Shown in pieces: positions 9,389 to 18,209 of a DNA stretch of 47,334 bases (the first letter of the stretch is position 1; every line of letters begins with the position of its first letter). The stretch lies in assembly GCA_038147655.1 (NCBI GenBank), contig JAYQUI010000001.1, positions 1 through 47,334 of the forward strand, in the 5' to 3' direction. The notes below the pieces were generated by a model. It made no database searches and had not been told where the DNA came from. It saw nothing but the letters and a program-made list of their open reading frames with translations. The translations under genes were made by a program, and so were the position numbers. Origin of the DNA: Nitrosomonadales bacterium. Its GTDB lineage: Bacteria; Pseudomonadota; Gammaproteobacteria; Burkholderiales; Methylophilaceae.

Positions 9389-11578
9389 ATGAATCCAAAA
9401 GAAACTTCAATTGTTAAAGTTGCCATTGATGTCCCAATCGATGATTTTTTTGATTATCAGTGTGAAGAAAATGTTGCATTTGGTCAGGCTGTGCTAGTGC
9501 CTTTTGGTTCGAGAAAGGTAATGGGTATCGTTGTTGAGGTTGATTCATCAACAGAGCTGGAAGCTCACCAAATAAAGAAAATAATAAGGGTTGATAATGA
9601 CATTTTACTTAATGAAGAGCTCTTTAAATTATTTAAGTTTGTATCCAGTTATTATCATTATCCCATTGGCCAAACAATTCATATTGCGGTTCCGTCAAAT
9701 TTAAAAAAAACAGAAAAAGTTCTTAACAAAAAATCATACATATATGAAGCAACAAATCTTTTGAATCAGTCAGCGATCGATCAAATCAGTGCGCGAAAAA
9801 AAAACCTTATAGAAATAGCAAAGGTAATCTTCAAAGAAAAGCAAACAGAAGAAGCGTTAAAGATGATTTCCATTAATTGGAAAAAATATGTAAAGGAATT
9901 GATAACTCTTAATTTTGTTAAAGAAAGGGAGTACCAGAAAACAAAGATTATTCAAAAAACAACCGCACTTAAACTAAATCAAGAACAGTCCGAAATATAT
10001 GAAAAAATTATAGCTGCACAAGGATTTGAAGCCTTTTTGATTTATGGCATTACAGGAAGTGGAAAAACAGAGGTGTACATGCACCTCATCGAAGAATATG
10101 TCAAAAATAATGGACAGGTTCTAATTCTAGTTCCAGAAATAAATTTAACTCCTCAATTAGAAGATCGATTCACCTCAAGATTTTCAAACTATTTAGTTAT
10201 CTCTTTACATAGTCAGCTGACTCAGAAAAAAAGAGTAGAAAACTGGGAGCAAACAAAAAATGGAAAGGCACAAATAATCATCGGAACAAGATTATCTGTA
10301 TTCACCCCTTTCAAAAACTTACGAGCGATTATTATGGATGAAGAGCAAGATTTATCATTTAAGCAGCATGATAAATTGCGTTATCACGCTAGAGATGTTG
10401 CAATGATGCGAGCAAAATTGCTAAATATTCCCTTTATAGCTGGCAGTGCGACCCCATCCATTGAAATCTGGCAACGCTCAGTAAATGAAAATAAATTACT
10501 ACTTCATAAGTTATCAACAAGAGCCGTGAAAGATGCGACTCTGCCAAAAATTAATTTAATTAAAGATGAAACAAATAAAGAAAATGAAGGAATATCAGAA
10601 TATGTAATATCTGCTATTAAACATCATCTTAGTTTACATCAACAAATTTTAATTTTTATCAATCGACGAGGCTATGCACCAGTTTTATTCTGTTCATCTT
10701 GTGGATGGTATGCAAGTTGTTCTAGATGCAGTTCAAAACTGGTTGTGCATCTAAGTAAACAATATTTACGTTGTCATCATTGTGATTACCAAAGAGGGAT
10801 AGACTCCTCATGTAAGGTTTGCGGTAATGTTGATTTAATGTCTCTTGGAAGTGGAACACAAAAAGTTGAAGAGAGGATAAGTAAATTATTTTCTAAGGCC
10901 TTGGTGAGAAGGGTTGATCGAGACACGATTAAAACAAAAGCATCGTTGGATGCTTTATATCAAGATATGAGTGATAAAAAAATTGATATTTTAGTTGGAA
11001 CGCAGATGTTATCCAAAGGACATGACTTTCCAAATTTAAGCTTAGTGGTTGTGCTTGATTCTGACAATGCATTATATAGTTCAGATTTTCGTGCCTCAGA
11101 AAGACTATTTTCACAACTAGTCCAAGTTGCTGGAAGAGCGGGTCGTGGATCAATCCCTGGGGAAGTTATTATCCAAACTAATTTTCCTGAACATCCCTTG
11201 TACCAATCTGTAAAAAATCAGGACTATGAATCGTTTGCATCAGAAGAAATAAATTTAAGAAAGGAGCTTAATTTTCCACCGTTTTGTTTTCAAGCCGTGT
11301 TGCGTGCAGAAAGTAAAAATAAAAAGAATGTAGAAAATTTCATTAACCACGTGTACGCACTTGCAAAAGAAATTAATTTTAAGGATGTGGATGTATTTTA
11401 TCCAGTACAACCTTTTCTAGGTCGGTTGAAAGGGTTTGAACGATATCAACTATTCTTTCACTCAAAAAGCCGTTTAACTTTAAATAAATTTTTACGGAGC
11501 ATAAAAGAAAAACTATCAAACAACAAACAATTTAATAGAATTAAATGGTTTTTAGATATAGATCCTGTAGATTTTTAG
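9389..11578 (+). CDS. priA: Primosomal protein N' (replication restart helicase)
   Basis: GITGSGKTEVY, DEEQ (DExH-like), four CxxC pairs, GTQMLSKGHDFP, QVAGRAGR, DIDP end. Confidence 0.97.
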   Translation: MNPKETSIVKVAIDVPIDDFFDYQCEENVAFGQAVLVPFGSRKVMGIVVEVDSSTELEAHQIKKIIRVDNDILLNEELFKLFKFVSSYYHYPIGQTIHIAVPSNLKKTEKVLNKKSYIYEATNLLNQSAIDQISARKKNLIEIAKVIFKEKQTEEALKMISINWKKYVKELITLNFVKEREYQKTKIIQKTTALKLNQEQSEIYEKIIAAQGFEAFLIYGITGSGKTEVYMHLIEEYVKNNGQVLILVPEINLTPQLEDRFTSRFSNYLVISLHSQLTQKKRVENWEQTKNGKAQIIIGTRLSVFTPFKNLRAIIMDEEQDLSFKQHDKLRYHARDVAMMRAKLLNIPFIAGSATPSIEIWQRSVNENKLLLHKLSTRAVKDATLPKINLIKDETNKENEGISEYVISAIKHHLSLHQQILIFINRRGYAPVLFCSSCGWYASCSRCSSKLVVHLSKQYLRCHHCDYQRGIDSSCKVCGNVDLMSLGSGTQKVEERISKLFSKALVRRVDRDTIKTKASLDALYQDMSDKKIDILVGTQMLSKGHDFPNLSLVVVLDSDNALYSSDFRASERLFSQLVQVAGRAGRGSIPGEVIIQTNFPEHPLYQSVKNQDYESFASEEINLRKELNFPPFCFQAVLRAESKNKKNVENFINHVYALAKEINFKDVDVFYPVQPFLGRLKGFERYQLFFHSKSRLTLNKFLRSIKEKLSNNKQFNRIKWFLDIDPVDF

Positions 11579-11676
11579 TTAATTTATACATATTTTTTTT
11601 AGATTTTCAAAAGTTTTTTAAAAAACCCCAATACGATTTTAAGTATAATGAGTTTTTATTGACAAAATATGCTCGT

Positions 11677-12951
11677 TTGAAAAAGTATTTTTTAATTATT
11701 CTATTAAATTTTTTTATTTCATTTGTTTTTGCACAAACAGAAGAAGAAATATTTGAGGAGGTTTTTAAAAAACCACAAAGTTTAGAATTAAACTTTGAAC
11801 TAGCACGCCTACAATTAAAGAATGGAAATTATAAAGGCGCCGCAGCTTCATTAGAGAGAATTCTTGTCAGACTCCCAAATGAATCAACCGCACAACTCCT
11901 TTTGGCTCGAGTCAACATTCAATTAAATAATCCCACTGAGGCAAAAAGACTCTATGAGGCAATTATTGCTAATGTAAACGCACCTCAAGAAAATATTCTT
12001 CAGGCCAGACGTGAATTAGGTTTAGCCATTGAAGAAATCGAAGATGCTTTATGGTCACTAAGCGGTTTTGTTTCTGTAGGCTGGGGAAAAAAGAATAATG
12101 CCAGAGCCGCCTCAGTAAATAATCAAGTGCTGTATTTTGATAATATTTTTGAAAATAGCATTGACGATCAACCGGAGTATTTTAGGCAAGGCACCATAGG
12201 CTTAAATTTAATAAGAGATCTTGGTAACAATAATCGATTTTTATCTAACGTGATCTTAAATGACCGCTCATACGGTTCAAGTTATAAAGAAGGAAGGAAT
12301 CAAAGTTATTTGGTTGGTGCAGGGGTTGATTATCAGATGTTTGGGGGAGCAACAAAATTTATGATTAATTCGGGCGAGATGCATCTTGCCAAACAAAATT
12401 TTATTGGATTTTATGGACTTGATATTGATCATCGTAGGTTATTGGCTCCAAATTTATTATTAAATTTTGGAGTTAATGCCACTAAAAATGATTTTCGACA
12501 TTATGATGGAATTTCTGATAACAATGATAAGAGCGGATGGGTTCATAAGGCCTCTGTTGGCATCACCAAATCGTGGCAGCATTTTAAAGCAAACATTGGA
12601 TACATAGAATCAAGAACCAGCGCTAAAGAAGATCACTATTCCTTTAAGGGCAATCAACTGAATATGAGCCTGACAACAGACCATGGCCCTGGGGCAACGA
12701 CTTTATTTAAATCCGTCGTAAAAAATAATTATGAGGCGGCCAATACAACGATATCCAATGATGAAAGACGTGACATAATTAATTTTTATGGAATAAATTG
12801 GCTCATTGGTCTCCAAGGGTGGGACATCCCAAAGCAAGGGGAACCGACTCTTAATATAATGTACCGAAAAGGATCTTCATTATCTAACCTCTCAAATTTT
12901 AAAAGAAAGGATGAGGAAGAGTGGATGTTGAGTCTGTCGAAAAACTTTTAA
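11677..12951 (+). CDS. Outer-membrane protein with N-terminal TPR repeats and C-terminal beta-barrel (Slam/DUF560-like architecture)
   Basis: Probable TTG start at 11677 gives a signal peptide MKKYFLIILLNFFISFVFA; TPR-like helices (ELARLQLKNGNYKGAAASLERIL; LLLARVNIQLNNPTEAKRLY); alternating beta-strand pattern; terminal Phe (WMLSLSKNF). Confidence 0.75.
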   Translation: MKKYFLIILLNFFISFVFAQTEEEIFEEVFKKPQSLELNFELARLQLKNGNYKGAAASLERILVRLPNESTAQLLLARVNIQLNNPTEAKRLYEAIIANVNAPQENILQARRELGLAIEEIEDALWSLSGFVSVGWGKKNNARAASVNNQVLYFDNIFENSIDDQPEYFRQGTIGLNLIRDLGNNNRFLSNVILNDRSYGSSYKEGRNQSYLVGAGVDYQMFGGATKFMINSGEMHLAKQNFIGFYGLDIDHRRLLAPNLLLNFGVNATKNDFRHYDGISDNNDKSGWVHKASVGITKSWQHFKANIGYIESRTSAKEDHYSFKGNQLNMSLTTDHGPGATTLFKSVVKNNYEAANTTISNDERRDIINFYGINWLIGLQGWDIPKQGEPTLNIMYRKGSSLSNLSNFKRKDEEEWMLSLSKNF

Positions 12952-12961
12952 AAATAGTTTT

Positions 12962-14638
12962 CTAACGACTTGGTGTGATTTGCTCAGTTCCTTCAATTCG
13001 ATCGACAATAGTTCCAAAACCATCTTTGGTATAAATATCCACAGTCATGCTAGCAAAATCTTTATTACCCAAAGGATAATCATCCGCTGTGTAATAAATA
13101 TCCATTGACGCGCGACTGCCACCTAGAGCAATCCAATCAGCAAATTCAAATCTTAAATCTGAAATGGTATCATTGAGGAGTGTATAAACACTTCCATCAT
13201 TTGCTATATTGTCCCCATCACCCCAGGTATTATATTTACCAGAATCATTTAAGTTAAAGCTAGCTCCTCCAATATCCCCACTGCCATTGAGATAGGTTTC
13301 AAACGTTTTTGCATCGATATCAATTTCCATCACGCCCACTAAACTGGCACTCCCAGTTCCCTCTGTCGCCGTTAAGGATAAGTTACTAAAGGTGTGAGTA
13401 ATAGTCCCAGATCGGCCTGCTGTGAAATTATTGAATGTGTCTCCGGTTGGCGTGCTAGCCCCCGACGCTACTGCAGAGACGACATCTAAGGTCACCACAA
13501 CATTTGATGCATTAGTTAGTTCTGAGCCAGTTTCTTTAAAAATTGCATCAGCTACTTCAGCGTTCTGAGAGGCTAATGTCGTGAACACTTCAGCGACCGA
13601 CACAGAAATAGATTGAGTTGATGCTGATTGAGCAGGAGAAGCCGTAAAGACTGTAGCTGCCGAAATTATTGTGCTTGAGCTGGCAGTACTTGAGCTGGCA
13701 GTACTTGAGCTGGCAGTACTTGAGCTGGCAGTACTTGAACTGGCAGTACTTGAGCTGGCAGTACTTGAGCTGGTTGTTGTTTTAGATGCACCTGTTGATT
13801 TTTGCGTACTTGATGAAGCCTCTTTCTTTGCAATCACTGTATCAGCTGCTTTGAGGATAGCTGTTTTGACCTCTTTGGCTTTTGTACCAAAAGTTTTATT
13901 TAACTCGCTGTCATCTTCCTCTAAGATGCTTTTTGAGATTGAGGATACTAGTTTTTGTGATTCAGCTTTTTCAGCTGGAGCAGCTTGTGAACTGGTTTCG
14001 GATTCTGTTTCTGTTAAGTTAACTTCTTTGAAAATGGTATTTAAACTTGTTGTGTCAACTGGCTGAGGAGGAGCAATATCGCCTGTTGCTGTATCGACTG
14101 CAACACCAAAACCAGATTGATCAATAAATTGTGCTGCAGCTGGGTTGTCAATTGAGGCAACTTCAATAGCACCATCAAGCAACACAATATTTTCAGCTTC
14201 AGGCTGGATGTCCCCCAATACACTGGTTCCTCGAATTGCGATTTGTGTTTTGGGTGTCTTGACTTTCATGCCCTCAGGATTTTTATCCGAAATTTTCCCT
14301 GAAATAAATTTAAAAGCCCCTTTTTTAATTGACGTTGTTAATTTATTTTCTTGTTGCTTATCATTAGAAAAAACAAATTCATCAATTTTAAGCTCGCTAT
14401 TTTGGCTTAAATTAATAGTCATCTGATCTTTGAAAAGTAGTTGGGTTTTGCCATCTAGAGGAGTAATAATGGTTTCTTCGTGCTCGAAAGAGTCGCCAGT
14501 TTTTCCAGGACGTTGCTCACCACTCGCCGCAAGTATGATCACCTCTTTAGTTGCCAAAGATATAACACCAACTACATCAGCCATAATACTATGACAAAAA
14601 AACAGGCTTAATAAAAGAATAAATAGTCTATTCATCAT
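12962..14638 (-). CDS. Secreted FecR-domain protein with long Ser/Thr/Ala linker and C-terminal beta-rich domain
   Basis: Signal peptide; FecR-type motifs TQLLFKDQMTINLSQNSELKIDEF, GAFKFISG, VKTP..IAIRGT, VLLDGAIEV; low-complexity middle; Gly/aromatic beta-rich last ~160 aa. Confidence 0.85.
   Translation of the reverse strand: MMNRLFILLLSLFFCHSIMADVVGVISLATKEVIILAASGEQRPGKTGDSFEHEETIITPLDGKTQLLFKDQMTINLSQNSELKIDEFVFSNDKQQENKLTTSIKKGAFKFISGKISDKNPEGMKVKTPKTQIAIRGTSVLGDIQPEAENIVLLDGAIEVASIDNPAAAQFIDQSGFGVAVDTATGDIAPPQPVDTTSLNTIFKEVNLTETESETSSQAAPAEKAESQKLVSSISKSILEEDDSELNKTFGTKAKEVKTAILKAADTVIAKKEASSSTQKSTGASKTTTSSSTASSSTASSSTASSSTASSSTASSSTASSSTIISAATVFTASPAQSASTQSISVSVAEVFTTLASQNAEVADAIFKETGSELTNASNVVVTLDVVSAVASGASTPTGDTFNNFTAGRSGTITHTFSNLSLTATEGTGSASLVGVMEIDIDAKTFETYLNGSGDIGGASFNLNDSGKYNTWGDGDNIANDGSVYTLLNDTISDLRFEFADWIALGGSRASMDIYYTADDYPLGNKDFASMTVDIYTKDGFGTIVDRIEGTEQITPSR
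13674..13773. repeat. 15-bp tandem repeat, about 6.7 copies (CTTGAGCTGGCAGTA), encoding (SSSTA)n in the FecR protein
   Basis: Six full units starting at 13674, 13689, 13704, 13719, 13734 and 13749, plus a 10-bp partial; one substitution, in unit 5. Confidence 0.97.
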
Positions 14639-14683
14639 GATTTCATTTTACAGGAATAAAATAATAAGGAATACTTAAAGCAA

Positions 14684-16675
14684 ATGAAGACAATTAACAC
14701 AGTTCTAATTAAATTTTTGTCACCACTGCCTATCGGTATCATTACTGCTTTTCTCATTTGGATTTTAGCCTCATTTAATTTTCTGCAGTTATCTGATAAG
14801 AGTCGAAATATAACTCTCGACATCGTGAGTGAGTTATTTCCTTACGATCAGGTATTTGAAAGCTATGCAGATAATATGTTGTTTATTGATATTGACGATG
14901 AATCGCTCAACCAAATAGGTCAATGGCCATGGCCGCGTCAAACGATGGCCGATATTTTTAGTAAGATTAATAGTCAAAATCCTCTAATTGTTGGCGTTGA
15001 TATTTTATTTGCAGAAAAAGATCGATACTCAGCAAAAAATATGGCTCAATTTTATGGTTTTAATGAACAAAGATTTATTGATCTAGGCATTTTAAATGGC
15101 GATACACTTCTTATGGAAAAGATGGATCAAAAACCATACGTCCTAGCCATGGCTGCTATTGATGATGATCAGAATATTTCTAAAAATCAGGCTAAGTTAT
15201 TGAGCCCAACAACAGTAATAGGGCACGCAAATCAATATCTTTATGAAACAGAATCGATACTTGCTCCCATTGAAGATTATGCTGAGGTGGCCGGTTTTGG
15301 ATTTGTAAATACCATTAAAAAAGAGGGAAAAATTAGAAGCACACCCTTGCTTTTTAATATCCAAGGATCAGTGTTCCCAGCATTAAATTTGGACATGATT
15401 CGTGTAGCTCAATCATCTCCTAATCATATTTTGAAAATGAATGAGATCGGAGATAAATTACAAATAAAAACTGGCGAAATCATTACGGAAACAGATCTTA
15501 ACGGGGTCTTTAATTTTCATTATGGCGATATGAATAGATTTACTAAAGTTTCAATAAAAGATCTATTAGAAGAAAACTCAGTCAACCTCACCGATAAGAT
15601 AATTATTTTGGGTTCGTCTGCAGCTGGTCTTGGAGACTTTCATAGTACAAGTTATCAAGATGATGTTCCAGGACCATTAATTCATCTACAGGTAATTGAT
15701 CAAATTTTAGGTAAAAGATTTATTAATTTTCATCCCGTGTATGAACAATCCATGTATTTTTTAACCATCCTGTTTAGTATTTTATTGTGCTGGGCAGTAA
15801 CAAAATTCTCCGTTTATCTAATAATTGTATTGCTACCAATCTCTCTACTTCCTCTTTATATTTTTACAAAATATATTTTTTTAGGCTTTGGTTTGATTGT
15901 AAATATTCCATTTGCAATAGGAATTATATTTACCTCTACGATTACTACATATGTAATAAAAACTTTTATTGAGAATATTGAAAAAAAGAAAATTCAAAGT
16001 TCTTTTATGCAATATGTGCCAGAGAGCTTAGTAAAAAATATTAATAAAGAATCTGATGTTCCCTCTTTAGGCGGTCAAGAAATTCAAGCCACTATCTTTT
16101 TTCTGGATATCAGAGGGTACACAACCATCACTGAAAACTTAAAAGACCAGCCGGATATTTTGGTTAAAGTGATAGGCCACATCATGAATGAAGTAACTAA
16201 TATTCTAATCAAACACGAAGCGACTATAGATAAATACATTGGGGATGCAGTCATGGCATTTTGGAACGCACCGGTTGCTGTAAATAATTATGAATTAAAA
16301 GCGATGCAAGCTTCATTAGAAATAAAAAAATCTATTCCACGTATTGAGAGACAGGTAAAAGCTTTATTGCCCATTACAAAAAGAAAATTAATATCAATTG
16401 ATTTTGGTATGGGCCTGTGTAGTGGCCCTGTTGTGGTTGGTAATATGGGATCAGATTTTAGATTTAATTATTCGGTCATGGGAGATGTGGTGAATGTTGC
16501 CGCAAGACTTGAATCGATGACCAAAGAAAAGAAAAAAACTATTTTATTCGGTATGGCAAAAGATGATAAAAATTCAATTAACTATTACCAAAAACATCAC
16601 ATTAAATTAGTGTTTATTGACAACATTGCTGTTCGAGGTAAGAAAGAAAAAATACCTGTATATGCCATTGAGTAA
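14684..16675 (+). CDS. CHASE2-domain class III adenylate cyclase
   Basis: N-terminal TM; CHASE2 motifs FIDIDDESL..IGQWPWPR, GVDILFAEKDR, IIILGSSAAGLGD; three TMs; cyclase motifs FLDIRGYT, IDKYIGDAVMAFW (ATP-specifying Lys), GDVVNVAARLE. Confidence 0.93.
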   Translation: MKTINTVLIKFLSPLPIGIITAFLIWILASFNFLQLSDKSRNITLDIVSELFPYDQVFESYADNMLFIDIDDESLNQIGQWPWPRQTMADIFSKINSQNPLIVGVDILFAEKDRYSAKNMAQFYGFNEQRFIDLGILNGDTLLMEKMDQKPYVLAMAAIDDDQNISKNQAKLLSPTTVIGHANQYLYETESILAPIEDYAEVAGFGFVNTIKKEGKIRSTPLLFNIQGSVFPALNLDMIRVAQSSPNHILKMNEIGDKLQIKTGEIITETDLNGVFNFHYGDMNRFTKVSIKDLLEENSVNLTDKIIILGSSAAGLGDFHSTSYQDDVPGPLIHLQVIDQILGKRFINFHPVYEQSMYFLTILFSILLCWAVTKFSVYLIIVLLPISLLPLYIFTKYIFLGFGLIVNIPFAIGIIFTSTITTYVIKTFIENIEKKKIQSSFMQYVPESLVKNINKESDVPSLGGQEIQATIFFLDIRGYTTITENLKDQPDILVKVIGHIMNEVTNILIKHEATIDKYIGDAVMAFWNAPVAVNNYELKAMQASLEIKKSIPRIERQVKALLPITKRKLISIDFGMGLCSGPVVVGNMGSDFRFNYSVMGDVVNVAARLESMTKEKKKTILFGMAKDDKNSINYYQKHHIKLVFIDNIAVRGKKEKIPVYAIE

Positions 16676-18209
16676 TATTTTAAAATCTGGTTTTTCGATT
16701 ATTGAGATATTGGTTGCTATCGCTATCTTAGGTTTAACAGCTGCAGCTGGTTATCAAGTTTTTTTTAACGTGGAAAAAATGCAGTATCAGTCCATCCAGG
16801 CTACCCAAAATGTAGATAAACCGGTGGCAGCTTTTAATCAGTTTTTTGCGATATATAACTCAAGCCAAGAATTATCCACCGCCATTGAGGTGTTAGATCT
16901 CACTCCGAATATCGATCCATTTACTAATTCAAATCGTTTTCGTAGTGATCGCATTCGGGTGTTATTTGATCCAGATGCGACAGACTTGGGGTTAGCTTCT
17001 AACCCTGGTGATATAACAGCGGGTTTAGAAGCCGACTATACCTTCGGAGATGGGGATATTGCCGGAGGATTTGGACAAGGAGCTGATGTAAGTGATCCAG
17101 AAGCCTTTATTCATGAAGACTATATTGCCTCAGGTAATGTGACCTTGCCAAATAGGGCAGATTTTGATGTTGATGATGATCCAATTTCTCAAACGCTTAA
17201 ATTGTTTGATATGGGAGGTCAGGCAAGAGGCACTTGGATTGGGGTTGCATTTATTAATGGGGAGTTTTTTTTAAGAATGCGGGCGGGTAGATCAACTGTC
17301 AATGAAAATGATAACTTTAGTGGCCCAGATCGAGCAATAAAAAGTATTGCAATAAATGATATTCCAGAATTTGATGGCATGGAGCATGATATTACATGGG
17401 ATATTGATACGGGTAGTACCGACGATCAAACCCCAGGAAGAATTCGACTATGGATTGATAATCGGAAGGTAATTGACGCTGAAGCAAATTGCACGCCTGA
17501 TCTATGTCAACTCGGACGAGAGGGAGAATTGCCATCATGGGCTGGTGGTAACGCGGGTAGTTGGGGTAATGGAGGAGATTGTGGTAATTATAGTGTCCCA
17601 GGTGGAGTTGAGGTATATGATGGGCCTCAACAATTTCAAAATTGCAACCCATGGCCTACTGCAGCTGGAACACTCAGTGTTTTTAGGGATCAGCTAATTG
17701 ATGAGACTGTTGTTCCCTCAACTGCTGAACCTAATATTGTTTTACCCCTAACGAATTTAAGTGTTGCAGACGATGAAGCCATATATTATCGAGTATTTGC
17801 AATTCCAACGGAATCTTGTAAATTTACAGGTGGTAGCAATTATCAATATACTTTCGATTGTTTCGATGATGATGATTATGATCGACTAAAAACAGATATC
17901 GATAATTTGATGAATACCGACAACGTTCCCTTCTTTGATATTGGAATGTTGGATGGGGCCATTTGTCGAGTGACGGCATACGACTCAGCCACGGAAACAT
18001 TAACTTTAGATGCTAATTCAAATTGTCCTTCAAGTTCAGCCTCAACTGATCCGGCAGCACCCTCTTCGGTATATTTCTTACCGCCTAGATTAGTCTTTTA
18101 TTCCTCTGATTTTTCATTACGCTTTGTACAGTCTGTAATGGAAAACTTTGCAAGCCCGATGGATCGATTTGGAGATGCAATTGAAAATAGACAGCCATCT
18201 AGTTTTTAA
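16662..18209 (+). CDS. Oversized minor pilin (class III signal peptide) with probable ConA/LamG-like inserted domain
   Basis: Probable start at ATG 16662, overlapping the cyclase stop; KSG|FSIIEILVAIAILGL prepilin motif with E5; FDGMEHDITWDID...GRIRLWIDN beta-sandwich pattern; multiple Cys. Confidence 0.78.
   Translation: MPLSNILKSGFSIIEILVAIAILGLTAAAGYQVFFNVEKMQYQSIQATQNVDKPVAAFNQFFAIYNSSQELSTAIEVLDLTPNIDPFTNSNRFRSDRIRVLFDPDATDLGLASNPGDITAGLEADYTFGDGDIAGGFGQGADVSDPEAFIHEDYIASGNVTLPNRADFDVDDDPISQTLKLFDMGGQARGTWIGVAFINGEFFLRMRAGRSTVNENDNFSGPDRAIKSIAINDIPEFDGMEHDITWDIDTGSTDDQTPGRIRLWIDNRKVIDAEANCTPDLCQLGREGELPSWAGGNAGSWGNGGDCGNYSVPGGVEVYDGPQQFQNCNPWPTAAGTLSVFRDQLIDETVVPSTAEPNIVLPLTNLSVADDEAIYYRVFAIPTESCKFTGGSNYQYTFDCFDDDDYDRLKTDIDNLMNTDNVPFFDIGMLDGAICRVTAYDSATETLTLDANSNCPSSSASTDPAAPSSVYFLPPRLVFYSSDFSLRFVQSVMENFASPMDRFGDAIENRQPSSF

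Noticed and set aside
11545-11676. N-terminal extension of the TPR/barrel ORF overlapping priA
   Set aside because: The signal peptide only makes sense from TTG 11677 (or 11659); the upstream part is AT-rich intergenic sequence containing a TATAAT
13674-13773. Repeat array as possible CRISPR
   Set aside because: Units are contiguous 15-mers with no spacers, in frame within a CDS, and no cas genes are present
13671-14066. Plus-strand ORF encoding (LELAV)n
   Set aside because: Antisense shadow of the FecR gene; it stays open because the 15-bp repeat lacks stops in that frame
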